A stretch of 64,000 nt of DNA from Octopus sinensis (GCF_006345805.1 NC_043010.1:49724001-49788000); one strand, 5' to 3'; numbered from the stretch's first letter, positions 10,990 to 22,603 are shown. Numbers and translations are program-made. Notes: generated by a model not told the origin, from the sequence alone.

Positions 10990-12684
10990 GACATTTGGTG
11001 AATAAGGAAGTTTGATGTCGCTGTCCTCATTTGAGCCTCCTGCCGCAAGTTGGGTTCATCTGGGACTCTTGAGTGGAAGAGGCCCAGTTTTGGAGAATAT
11101 TAGAAACCCTGGCTGTTGCAGTAACTGGTCCTGAAGCACGATGGCATTGTTGGAATCTTTGGCACTGTGTAGTGGTGACCAGTTCTGGCATTTGTATAGC
11201 TTTCAGTGCCAAAATTTGGCACATTCCCTTCCAGGATCTTCCATATATATATATATTACTGCATATCACTCCTGCCTTCACTCCAAGGAGTAGTGTCTTA
11301 GCTATTTCAGCCTTTCCCAGTAGCTGAGCTGTTGCAATGAGACGATTTTCTTAGTGAAGCTTCGCTGGTTTGCTTCAAGGTCTACTGTTAATTTTACACT
11401 GTGGGGTGACCACAGTTGGGAGCAGTAGTCAAGGCGGCTGAGGACAAATGTCCTCCACAGGACCATCATGGTTTCTTTCTCTCTGGTTCTGAAGGTTCTC
11501 AGGATCCATCCATCCAGTACTTTCTCCCCATCTTGGTAATGTGCACTTGGAATCCCTCCTGGGCTAGTGTAACCTGTAAGTTTTTTGTTCAGTTTTGGGT
11601 GTTGGTAGAGCAAGGTTAGGAATTTTCTGGCATTGAACTGCATATTGTCCTCAGCCCATCAGTAAATTGTGTCAAACTCCTGCTGCTAGAGTTTTGTATT
11701 TTCTGGGCAGCTGAAGGCATATCTGAGAGGGTCAGACAATGCTCTGTGGAACACCACTCACTATTTGTGTTTTCTTTGAGGTAGCTCAATTACTTCAACA
11801 TCCAATCATAGTGCTGTAGGAGCTGGGTCAGGCAGCTCCTACCTGGTCAAAAACGATGCTGGGTATCACTCAGCAAGTTGTTTTCTTAAAGGAAAAGCAG
11901 TGGTCCCAAGATAGTACCCTGTGGAACACAACTCACTATTTGTGTTTTCTTTGAGGTGCCTGATTTTTATCCTTCAGAAAGTCATGTAACCACTCTCCAA
12001 GTTTCCAGCTATGCGAAGATCATGCAGTTTGAGGCATATCATACCATGATTGACTTTATCAAAAGCTTATGCAAACGTATATTATGTCCACATTTGAGTT
12101 GTTGAATAACTTCCTCAACACCTAGTCAATGCTGTAGGAGATGGGTTGAGTCGAAAACCATGCTGGGTATCACTCAGCAAGTCATTTTCTTCAAGGAATG
12201 TGATTAGTTTCCCTCTTTTCATTCCATGACTTTGCTGGTGTGTGAAGTCAGAGAAATATACCTATAATTTTCGGAATCTACTCTGCTTCCACCTTTATGG
12301 CTTGGGTATATTGTTCCCACCTTCACTTGCCATTTGCAAGGAAACTCTGAAAGAGAATCTGTAGTAGTTTTGTCAGGGCATGTTTACACGATTTGAGGAG
12401 GATTGCTGAGAAACCAGCAGGGTTTGCATCCACTTCATCTATGGCTAGTATTATATCTTCTTGACTAATGTCGATGTAATCCATCGTAACTGCCTCATTG
12501 GTTATAGGTGAGGCAGCAAAGAAATCCACTGGTTCATTCGCTTGTCTGTTCCAATGGGGTGGTAAAGACACCTTTGAACTGGTCATTCAGTACCTCACTG
12601 ATCCTGGTTGGGTTACTTGAGGGAGCCATCCTTCTGGAAGAGGGGTCCAATTTTGCAGTGTACTGAGCCTGTTTATCTGGCCTG

Positions 12685-12685
<1 letters not shown>
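10990..12685 (-). mobile_element. 5'-truncated, frameshifted CR1/L2-group LINE (RT C-terminal region), with internal deletion and duplication
   Basis: ORF 11302-11643 reads MQFNARKF...WILRTFRTREKETMMVLWRTFVLSRLDYCSQLWSP...LEANQRSFTKKI..LSYWERLK, typical of the CR1-group post-RT region. Upstream RT remnants (KAFDKV-like and GVPQG-like) lie near 11900-12070. Confidence 0.9.
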
Positions 12686-12719
<34 letters not shown>

Positions 12720-12722
12720 GTA

Positions 12723-13000
12723 TCTACTACATATGTGAAAAATCGGTGTGTGTTTGTTTGTGGCATTGTTAGCTAACTCCTCCTACGTTGTTTTATTGAT
12801 TTTGATGAAACTTGACATGTGAGTAGAACTCATGTCTGGAAACCTTATGGCATACTTAGATTGTTGAAAAAATCGATAATATGGACCCTGGAAGAGACCT
12901 TTATATCTACCTGATATAACTAATTTTTTAAACTCCCAAGGGAAATAACCCATAGCACCTGCACAATATTTTTTTAAACCCATTTCATTGTCTATGTTTG
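12723..13000 (+). mobile_element. Non-autonomous Helitron-like 5' fragment
   Basis: Begins TCTACTACATATGTGAAAA, then a GT-rich microsatellite and GATTTTGATGAAACTTGACATG, the layout of invertebrate non-autonomous Helitron 5' ends. No 3' CTRR hairpin was identified. Confidence 0.55.
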
Positions 13001-13545
13001 ATTACTTTGAATATTGAATTTTTGTGTGTCCTGTTTAAGCAGCAGAAAATTCAACAAAACCTGTTACTCTGAGTTTCTGCTGCTTTAAATAAAGCATATT
13101 ACTCTACCACTGGTATTTGAGTACTCTTTTTTCCACCTTGTTTCACATTTATGTGTTTACTCCGGTATATATATATATCATATATGTCCTATATAATATA
13201 TATGTGTATATATTATATATGTGCTATGTATATGCTATATATATATATTTGTGTATATATAGCATATATATATCTACATCTTTTACTTCATTAGTCGAGC
13301 AAATCGACCCCAGGACTTATTTGTAAACCTAGTACTTATTCTAAATTACGGGGACGTAAACACAATCAGCATCGGTTGTCATATACACACATATACATAT
13401 ATGTTTCCGTCTATCAAATCCACCCGAGGCTACAGCAGCCCAAGGTGCCACGCAGTGAGGCTGAACCCGGAACCATGTGGATCGTAAGCAAGCTACTTAC
13501 CACACAGCCACTCCTACGCCTACGTGTGTGTATATATATATATGC

Positions 13546-13576
<31 letters not shown>

Positions 13577-13577
13577 A

Positions 13578-13723
13578 GATTAATTTCAAGATTAATCAGC
13601 CGAAATTACTACGATGATCCGGTTCTTGACTGAAGACTGAGGGTTTCGAATGTCCTGTCCGTGTTTATTGTATCGTCTTCTTGAGTTATACGTTCTTGTC
13701 CATGTTGTATTTTTCTACATACC

Positions 13724-13728
<5 letters not shown>
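13578..13728 (+). mobile_element. Penelope pLTR-like fragment between (TA)n tracts
   Basis: GATTAAT-loop-ATTAATCAGCCGAAA and CTGAAGA...TTCGAATGTC motifs resemble Penelope hammerhead remnants. Confidence 0.55.
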
Positions 13729-13758
<30 letters not shown>

Positions 13759-13766
13759 TATATATA

Positions 13767-14164
13767 GGCGCAGGAGTGGCTGTGTGGTAAGTAGCCTGTC
13801 TACCAACCACATGGTTCCGGGTTCAGTCCCACTGCGTGGCACCTTGGGCAAGTGTCTTCTACTATAGCCTCGGGCCGACCAAAGCCTTGTGAGTGGATTT
13901 GGTAGACGGAAACTGAAAGAAGCCCGTCGTATATGTGTGTATATATATGTATGTGTGTCTGTGTTTGTCCCCATAGCATTGCTTGACAACCGATGCTGGT
14001 GTGTTTATGTCCCCGTAACTTAGCGGTTCGGCAAAAAAGACCGATAGAATAAGTACTGGGCTTACAAAAGAATAAGTTCCGGGGTCGAGTTGCTCGATTA
14101 AAGGCGGTGCTCCAGCATGGCCGCAGTCAAATGACTGAAACAAGTAAAAGAGAAAGAGAAAATG

Positions 14165-14165
<1 letters not shown>
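13767..14165 (+). mobile_element. Full-length family A tRNA-headed SINE, copy 1 of a tandem pair
   Basis: A-box TGGCTGTGTGG, B-box GGTTCAGTCCC, internal microsatellite and GTAAAAGAG tail. Confidence 0.95.
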
Positions 14166-14202
<37 letters not shown>

Positions 14203-14213
14203 TGCTATATATA

Positions 14214-14611
14214 GGCGCAGGAGTGGCTGTGTGGTAAGTAGCCTGTCTACCAACCACATGGTTCCGGGTTCAGTCCCACTGCGTGGCACCTTGGGCAAGT
14301 GTCTTCTACTATAGCCTTGGGCCGACCAAAGCCTTGTGAGTGGATTTGGTAGACGGAAACTGAAAGAAGCACGTCGTATATGTGTGTATATATATGTATG
14401 TGTGTCTGTGTTTGTCCCCATAGCATTGCTTGACAACCGATGCTGGTGTGTTTATGTCCCCGTCACTTAGCGGTTCGGCAAAAAAGACCGATAGAATAAG
14501 TACTGGGCTTACAAAAGAATAAGTTCCGGGGTCGAGTTGCTTGATTAAAGGCGGTGCTCCAGCATGGCCGCAGTCAAATGACTGAAACAAGTAAAAGAGA
14601 AAGAGAAAATG

Positions 14612-14612
<1 letters not shown>
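14214..14612 (+). mobile_element. Full-length family A SINE, copy 2 of the tandem pair (period 447 bp)
   Basis: Differs from copy 1 at 4 positions that I could find. Confidence 0.95.
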
Positions 14613-14655
<43 letters not shown>

Positions 14656-14699
14656 TATATATATATATAACATTCCTCAGTCATTTTTATTGTTGTAGT

Positions 14700-14970
14700 A
14701 TTCATGACCGCATGTTAGTAAGTTATTTAAACTCGTTTTCGTTTGGATTTGTGATGCTACTGAGATGCAACAATTATTTCCATATTCACATTGTAAAACT
14801 GTATTTTCCCCCTCAAGTTCAGCATTTTCTCTTTCACACGCACACTTTTCTCTCTCTCACTTTCTGCTTTTTGTTTTGTTTTTACTCTACCCAACTATCT
14901 TTTAACATCTGTGTTTTCAATACCTCGTAAGAAGAAGAAATGTTGCTATGGAAATATTGTTTCAATAAAG
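14700..14970 (+). other. Candidate alternative first exon ending at AATAAAG|GTGAGT
   Basis: Strong donor at 14971 in a second CpG-retaining zone (about 13-17.5 kb). A possible short frame reads MLLWKYCFNK, and an RFX X-box-like GTTGCTATGGAAAT lies at 14942-14955. Confidence 0.35.
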
Positions 14971-17033
14971 GTGAGTATGGAAAGATCAGATGTCTTTAAG
15001 AAAATAAATGGGAAGGAAGACAGAAAAAACAAACGGTTATTCGAACGAAGAAGCATCTAGTTGTTTTGTCAGACGTTCACAGTAACCTGGTTTGTTTTCT
15101 GCTGTTAATTAGCCTCTGCTTCCTTCCCTACTTAGCTGAGAGTTAGCTGTGAGTTTGACAGAGAGCCTTGACCCGAGCTGACTCCTCACACTGCCAATCT
15201 TTGTTCTATCACAATTTCAAGCAAACATTTCTCTGCAAACCAGCCTCGTGTTCCAGCTTGCTTAACAATTTGGTTTTTTTTTGCTATTTTCCAAGTCCAA
15301 GATAGAGGGGGGGGGGAAATTCCTCGCTTTTTTTTTCTCTCTTTCTCTCTCTTATTTTCCTTCCTGTTTTGTTCTTCGGGTTAGAGGGAGGAAGATGGAA
15401 AAAAAAATATTTCGGTTGAAATTTATCTCTGTACCTCTCAGTCAAGTACCTTAAGCATTTTTATTTGTATATCATCTAAATGTTAGCAAGTCTACTAACT
15501 TGCTTTAATGTTTTTCTTTCTATCTTTATTTCTTTTTTGTTTTTGTATCATATCTGTGCCAGATAAAAGATTATTCATTAAATTATATATATATATATTC
15601 TTGGTGGTTTCTTGTACCTTTAGCATCGTGTGTGTAACTGTCTGCATGTGTTAGCTTACAATTCTGATCACGCTGATTTACGATTCTGGCCCAGACCATC
15701 CACCTGTTCAGGAACCAAATTTGCTTACGGGGTGCAAACAAGGTCTTGTTTTTTTTTGTTGTTTTTTTTTTTAATTATTGTTTATTTCTGTTCTTTCTTC
15801 TTTCAAAAGAAACCTAACTTCTAGCTACGTTTTACGAATCACTTTTTATATACACAAGTTTTCTAATGCTGAGAAAATAAGTCGTAACGCAAATTTTGAT
15901 TTTGAAACCGCCCCAGAATTTTGCCGAGGTGCGATTACACCACCTTTCCCGGACTCGTGAGACCGTCCCTCATTTATATGCCTTTCATATTTAGGCAGCA
16001 AGTGGGTGTAATTTAAAGTAGACTTGGCTGCTATTTCTAGCATATCTAGTGACTTGCTCGGCATAAACGTGTGGTTGGTAGAAGGACTTGGGGTTTTTTT
16101 TTTTATATTTCATTGGTGAAACCACTGCTTTTTACGTGTCTAATTCACAATAGTCACTCTGGTTATTGCATTTATTTATTAACTTGACATTATACAAACT
16201 GCTGTTTATGCTATTTACAGTGCTTATCGGTTTACTTGTGTGAGTAATATTGAATCAACTTATCTGATAAACTAGTCTTTTTTGACATGTTTACGAGCAC
16301 ATAGGGCCCCACCCTCATTGTGTACAAAAGATAGCTATTGTCGTTAGTTAAATAGTTTTGGAGAGCCAAGGAGTGCCAAATAGTAGGAAGTAACTCTTTG
16401 CTGGCATACAAATATTATTTTATCTATTTTACACATTTTCGCTTCATTCTTCTTTAATTCTCCCACTTGTTTGGATTTTGCAAACAATTTTTTTACTGAT
16501 TCTTATCCAAATTAATTGATTTATTATTATTCTTTTCTGATTGAAATAGACACAGTGTATTCGTAGTTGACTAAGAAATGTGTTTACAATCTTTAGGCCT
16601 TTAAAAGAGAGAAAGAGTGTGTGCGTGTGAAATTGGCTCTGATCAATCAAACTTAAAATCAAATGCATCCCAATTATGACCCATCTTAAATTTTTATAAT
16701 GTATCCTTGGCAATGTCTCTTTCCTTTTCCTTTTTTTTTTCATGACGGTCGGGGTGTGATTTGAGGAAAATTTGGTTGTTATTTCTAGCAAGTGGAAAAA
16801 TTACGGAGAGGCTCCCCTGGTGAAAGTTACGATATATCCTATCACTATCAGGCAAGATTAAATACACGCATGTAAAATGTATCGTGCGAAGAATATATAG
16901 TAAAGTATCAATTTACTTTGCATGAGGGAATCAAAGTTCACGAAACAGGAAAATCTGTCATGAACAACACAATTTATGCCAGGCCGATTGTTCAAAGTGC
17001 TTACGCAATAATTAATAGTAGATTATGTTAGAT

Positions 17034-17180
17034 CAGGCTTGGGAAACATTTTTCGAGAAGCGGGCCGCATGAGATATATTTCATCTATTTGGCGGGCCGC
17101 ACTTCTAAAAAGATTCAAGGTTAAATCTTTCTTTGACGGTACCTTTCAGAAAGCCCCGCCGGGCGCAATTTGTCCGTGGC
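17034..17180 (+). mobile_element. hAT-like MITE remnant
   Basis: CAGGCTTGGGAAAC start and repeated GCGGGCCGCA subterminal motifs. The second TIR and TSD were not found. Confidence 0.45.
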
Positions 17181-18375
17181 TATTAGATTATTGAAGGCAA
17201 AGGAAGCTTGAAATCCAATCTGATGGACGTTTTCATTTTGTCTGTCTTGGTTGTTATTTAACCCCAGATTAAACCCTGGCCTTTTTGTTAATAGACATGG
17301 TGTACCTAAGATAACTGTCGTTAACGAATAAGCCCTTTCCTTCGGTAACATGGTAGGAGATCGATCTCCTGTTTCTCTTGCAGATTGAACGGCCATGGTC
17401 ACGTTTGATGTTACCTCGTCGACTTCTGGTTGTTCAGCTTAAAACCAGCCCTGATTGAGTACATCGTATATGTGATCCAGCCATGGCTATCTCGTTTTCC
17501 AAAATATATAGGACTTCACTGTTCAGTGTAACTTCATGTTTTACGAGACTGTAAAATTTGATATAAAGGAGAGTTGGCTGGTGTTTCTAGCAGGGATTGT
17601 TATGGTGGACAGAAACGGTTAGATAAAGAGTGATCTGATTAGATGACTTAAACCCTTCTATAAAATTAATTCCCAAAGAAAGTAATGGTTTTCAGCCTCA
17701 GTTCCAAGCTGACCTTTTGTCAAAAGCGTTCCAGCTGTGGTCACCCTTATCCTGCCTTTAAGAATTATGAAGTTATAATTATATTACATTATTCAGTGCA
17801 TTAGCATACTGGGCAAAATGCTTAGCAGCATTTTGCCCCATCCTTACAATCTGAATTCAAATTTCACCGAGGTCAACTTTGCCTTGCATCCTTTCGGGGT
17901 CGATAAAATAAGTACCGGTTATGCACTGGGATCGATATAATCGACTAGCCCCTCCCCCAAAATTTCAGGCCTTATTCCCTTATTGGATGTGATTTGAGCT
18001 TTTGTTTCTATATGTTTGAGCAAACATGATAAGGCTTCCACAATAGGTTTATTGTTTTTGCTGAAGTCGCATTTGTTGATGATTAGATCGTAGCTTCTGT
18101 GCAGTTTGGTAAAGACTTTTGTTATATGGTAGAAGCATATATTTATGGTATCCGGATTCTCGAGATGACTGATGCTGTGTGGAAATGAAATGACTTCATC
18201 ATTTGTGGAAGCAATACAAACAAGTTACATAATGTGTACTTTGTAAATTAAAATAAGAATGTGTGGTATTGGCTTTTTTTGTCATTGTGGAAGATTCAAC
18301 AATAATAATAATAATCCTTTCTACTATAGACACAAGGCCTGAAACTTTGTGGGAGGGGGCTAGTCAAAAGTTTAT

Positions 18376-19690
18376 CGAAATTTTCCAAGCTGAAGTGCTG
18401 AGTAATTTCACTTTTTTCAGAAAAATGTTTCTAAAAAGTTACAGAGGCTTAAAATTTGATCATTTTCACCCGATCAGGAAACAGGATTTGGAAGTTGTAA
18501 TTTTGTGTGACTGCAAAATTTGTTGTCAACATCCTGAAAATAGCACGTGTTGTCAACATTTGTAAACAATACGTCTTTTGTAGTTTGAAGCATTCAATAT
18601 GCATTTAATGTGTCAGCAGTTATTTAGCTGTTATTTTTAGCACACCTAATAACCACTCAATGACAAAAAGAAACGTTTAAACAAGTAGTTTTAAGCATTC
18701 AATATGCTTTTAATGCAAATGCGATGAACAACATGTTACATGCAATAAACACATTACAATTTTTTCTCACAAATGGTTTCAATACAGTTTCAACAAAGAT
18801 TTGGAAGAATTAGATGAACGTTCTCCAGTAATTTTCTTTTGTATAAATAAATGTTTTAGTTAATTAAAAAATTTGCCAGCATAATCTTATAAAATGACAA
18901 TGTTGTTAAAGATGTACATGTTTATGTGTTATATATGCAAATAAGAGTGAACAAAATATGCTTAAAAACAAGCATTTAAGCATGCAATAAGCAGCACATT
19001 ACAAAATATTTTTAAAATTAAAAACGAAAGTTAGAAATGCATTCAATTAATATCAAACAAATCACAATTTTCGTATCTCCTGCACCACATAAATTCACAG
19101 AGATATGAATCTACCATAGAATGGTGGCTGCCACGGCGTCGTTTATTACTTCACTTCACAGAGGCCTATGCATTCGCCACTTGTTGAGTGTGGGTACCAT
19201 CTTTTGGGTTAACAAGAAAAATGAAAGAGTAAACAACACGCCTTTTGTAATTTTAAGCATTTAATATGCATTGATTGTGATAGCTCAAACTTAAAAGATT
19301 TATCTAAAAACAAAACAGCACATTACAAGTTAAATATTTTTACGAAACAAACATTTTGTTGACCAGTTCATTGAAAATGAAAGTTAAAAATGCATTCAAT
19401 CAGTTTCTCAAACAAATCACAATTTTCATACATCCTGTGCTCCATAAATTCACATGCTCAATTGTCAACACATGCTTTCTCGCAGACAAAAGAGTTCTCA
19501 TGCTCTTCTTGTTACTATGGAAACAGGCATGAATGTGTCTGTGGCTTTCGATTGGCTAAACTAACCAAAATTTTGAAACTTTAATTGCTAATAACTTTAT
19601 GTATTGATTTATAGCAAAAATGATTTTCATATTATTCATTAGCCAGTAAAAATGTGTCATTACACTGAATATGAAATCAATTTGAACAGA
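18376..19690. mobile_element. Unclassified about 1.3-kb repeat-like insertion with internal dispersed repeats
   Basis: Abuts a truncated SINE. AAGCATT(C/T)AATATGC recurs at about 18588, 18693 and 19255, and an about 80-bp block recurs at about 19021 and 19373. Boundaries are approximate. Confidence 0.45.
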
Positions 19691-20122
19691 ATTGATGCTG
19701 GTAGCAAAACCAACTAGATTTGAATTTCAACTTAGAATGTAAAAGTGGATGAAATACCGCTAAGCATTTTGTTTGGCATGCTAACAATTCTACCAGGGCC
19801 TGTAATTTCGGGGGTGGGGCTTATTCAATTAGATTGACCCCCACTGCTCAACTGGTACTTATTTTATTGGCTTCAAAACAACAAAAATTTGAACTCAGAA
19901 CATAAAGATGGTCAAAATGCATTTTGTCCAGCATGCTAACAATTCTACCAGCTCACTGCCATAATAATAGTAATAATAACATAGTGTTGTAAAGTTTCAC
20001 ATTGCAGGACCAGTAAATTATATGTAAAACATGTTCAAGCTGTATATAACATGTTAAAGCATGTATTCTACAAGGAAAGTCGAATTATTCAGCTTTGAAA
20101 TGTTAAATTGTATTTTCATTAG

Positions 20123-20312
20123 GTGTTATATTCTCGTTTAGAAATTGTCTGTGGGATGTGGAGTGGGGAATAGACGTTATTAAGTTCTTAGTCAACAGAG
20201 TGGTAAAGAAGAATGGCACATTGTATTTTCAGATGGAACAGTATCTCACTAGTGTATGTTGATATTGTAAAGAAGAGGAATTATCTCAAAAGTATTAATG
20301 GAAATGGAGCAG
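20123..20312 (+). other. Candidate exon (likely UTR)
   Basis: TTTTCATTAG acceptor; donors at 20254 (AGT|GTATGT) or 20313 (CAG|GTATGG). One frame is open to 20253 but the peptide is unrecognised. Confidence 0.25.
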
Positions 20313-20843
20313 GTATGGATGAGTTAAGCAGCTTGCTTTTCAGATTCATTCCCAATGCATTTCTGGGGCAAGTATCTTCTATTATAGCCCTGGGTGGACC
20401 AATGCTTTGTGAGTGAATATGATAGACAGAAACTGTGTGGAAGCCCATTGTAGATTGCCTGTAGATTGATTTCAAATTCTGTCACAAGGTCAGCAATTTT
20501 GGGGAGGGCATAACTTGATTACATTAACTCCAATACTCAACTGGTACCTATATTGTCAACTCCAAAAGGCTGAAAGGCAAAGTTGACCTTCACAAAATTT
20601 GAACTCAAAATGTAAAAATGAACAAAATGGCACTAAACATTTTGCCCAGCATGCTAACAATTCTGCCAGCTCACTGGATTTATTTGCTTTTAAATTTTGG
20701 CCAGCAATTTTGAGGGAGTGGGTAGGTTGATTACATTGAGCTCAGTGCTTAACTGGTTTTTATTTTCTTGACCCTAAAAGGATGAAAGGCAATGTCAGCT
20801 CTGGCAGTATTTGAACTCAGAACATAAAGTTGTATATTTAAGA

Positions 20844-21119
20844 CTTAATCACTATGCCATATGCCCATGGGTATATGGCATAGTGGTTAAGAGTGTGGGC
20901 TACTAACCCCGAGATTCCGAGTTCGATTCCAAGCACTGACTTGAACACTAACAATAATAATAATAACATAGAAAAATACCTTAGGAATGAGAACCCAGGT
21001 TCGAAATTTCCCCAAGACACCTGAAGAAGGCTGGAGGGTATATCAGCCGAAAAGTTGTGTTAACAACAAACAAGATGTTTGTTAACAAACAAACAATATC
21101 CATCGAATGTAAATAATGT
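20844..21119 (+). mobile_element. tRNA-headed element with Penelope-like hammerhead tail and 5' inverted duplication
   Basis: A-box TGGCATAGTGG 20876-20886, B-box GAGTTCGATTCC 20919-20930, (AAT)n linker, CTGAAGA..GAAA core 21021-21052, and a 24-bp-arm palindrome at 20844-20891. Confidence 0.8.
21016..21061 (+). ncRNA. Minimal type I hammerhead ribozyme motif, one core-adjacent substitution
   Basis: GACAC-CTGAAGA-A-GGCTG-loop10-CAGCC-GAAA-AGTT-GTGTT. It has GAAAAGTT where the palindromic GAAACGTT is expected. Confidence 0.65.
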
Positions 21120-21241
21120 CAGAAAATGAAGATGGACAAAATGCCATTAAACATTTTGCCCGGCATGCTAATGATTCCACTAGCTCACCGTCTTCATTGT
21201 GCTTGCAAATCAGCAGGTCGGCAAAAGAGAAAAAAAGTACC

Positions 21242-21270
<29 letters not shown>

Positions 21271-21272
<2 letters not shown>

Positions 21273-21632
21273 CATCATCATCATCATCATCATTTAGCGT
21301 CCGCTTTCCATGCTAGCATGGGTTGGACGGTTCAACTGGGGTCTGTGAAGCCACCAAGCCCAGTCTGATCTGGCAGTGTTTCTACAGCTGGATGCCCTTC
21401 CTAACGCCAACCACTCCGTGATTGTAGTGGGTGCTTTTTACGTGCCACCCGCACAGGTGCCAGACGGAGCTGGCAAATGGCCACGGACGGATGGTGCTTT
21501 TTACGTGCCAATGGCACGGGGGCCAGGCGAGGCTGGCAACGGCCACGAACGGATGGTACTTTTTACGTGCCACTGGCACGGGGGGGCCAGGCGAGGCTGG
21601 CAACGGCCACGAATGGATGGTGCTTTTTACGT
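21271..21632 (-). mobile_element. Dispersed retro-type repeat with (GAT)n tail (GTTGGCGTTAGGAAGGGCATCCAG family) plus internal GC-rich minisatellite
   Basis: The same family appears near 36180, 36420, 38900, 45360 and 60540. About 3.5 tandem units of about 63 bp lie at 21430-21632. Confidence 0.8.
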
Positions 21633-22603
21633 GATATATATAAAGTACTGGGGTTGATTTGTTTGACTAGACCCTTCAGAGTGGTTCCCTAGCATGGCTT
21701 ACAGTCCATTGACTGAAACAAGTAAAAGATAAAAGGCCAATGTCAGTGAGGAAACAGTCGATTTAGTCTGATAGCTTTTGTGTTCCATATGTAACTCCAG
21801 AATGAAGTCTGTGCAAAAGATATAGCTGCCCTTGGTGTATCCATTTTAGGTGTGTTCAGATGTACATACGCAGGTCAGATTACACTATGCATCAGATGAA
21901 GTTTTTAAGTGCAAACAATTTTTTTTTTAAATGTGTTGCTGGTGCTCTGTGTGATTTATTTATGGAATGTATTATTATCTTTTTATCATATCTATTTTCC
22001 TTACCCTTAGATAGGGTTACACTGCACAGTGCACAATATAGGGGTACACTGTGCAGATACGAGTACACTGCACAGTGTGCACAGTGACTCAGAGAGTCCT
22101 ATGGGTCTAGAGACTCAATCTTGATCTAAGTATGCCTTGAATTGCTGTCAATAACTAATGACTACAGGGCCCAATGCACTGATTTTTTCAGGGCTTTCAC
22201 TGGTTTAAGTGCCCAGTTCTAATCTATGTATTCTGTGGCTGGCTGTCACAGTAAAAAAAGAACACATACCATAGAGTCCAATGCATTGGTTTGGTGGTGG
22301 TGGTGGTGGGCTCCAATGGTGCTAAAATGGCCCTGCTTTTAGACCTATGAATCTTGCTTTTGTCAGAATTGTTTTTGTAGCTAAAATCTCTTTTTGTGAA
22401 TTTCATTTCAGTCATTTACTTGAATGCAGAAATATTCTCATCTAGTAGGATATGCTAATTTACCGTCATTACTAAATTTGGAGATAGATTTTGTGTGGAA
22501 TGTTAGAGGTCAGGTCACTACTGTTTAGTGATGGTACTGATGATTGCTATACTTACTAATAGTTGTTTATTCCAAAAAGAAACCAATAATTTGGGAGGTT
22601 TAA

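Noticed and set aside
13609-14590. Repeated ORFs MSSNAMGTNTD... and MFQSFDCGHAG...
   Set aside because: They are antisense frames of duplicated family A SINEs, and they recur wherever the SINE does (30681, 34870, 46115).
21382-21632. Regularly spaced repeats superficially like a CRISPR array
   Set aside because: The context is eukaryotic, the units are contiguous tandem copies without unique spacers, and there are no cas genes.
21376-21692. GC-rich overlapping ORFs
   Set aside because: They are frames through the 63-bp minisatellite.
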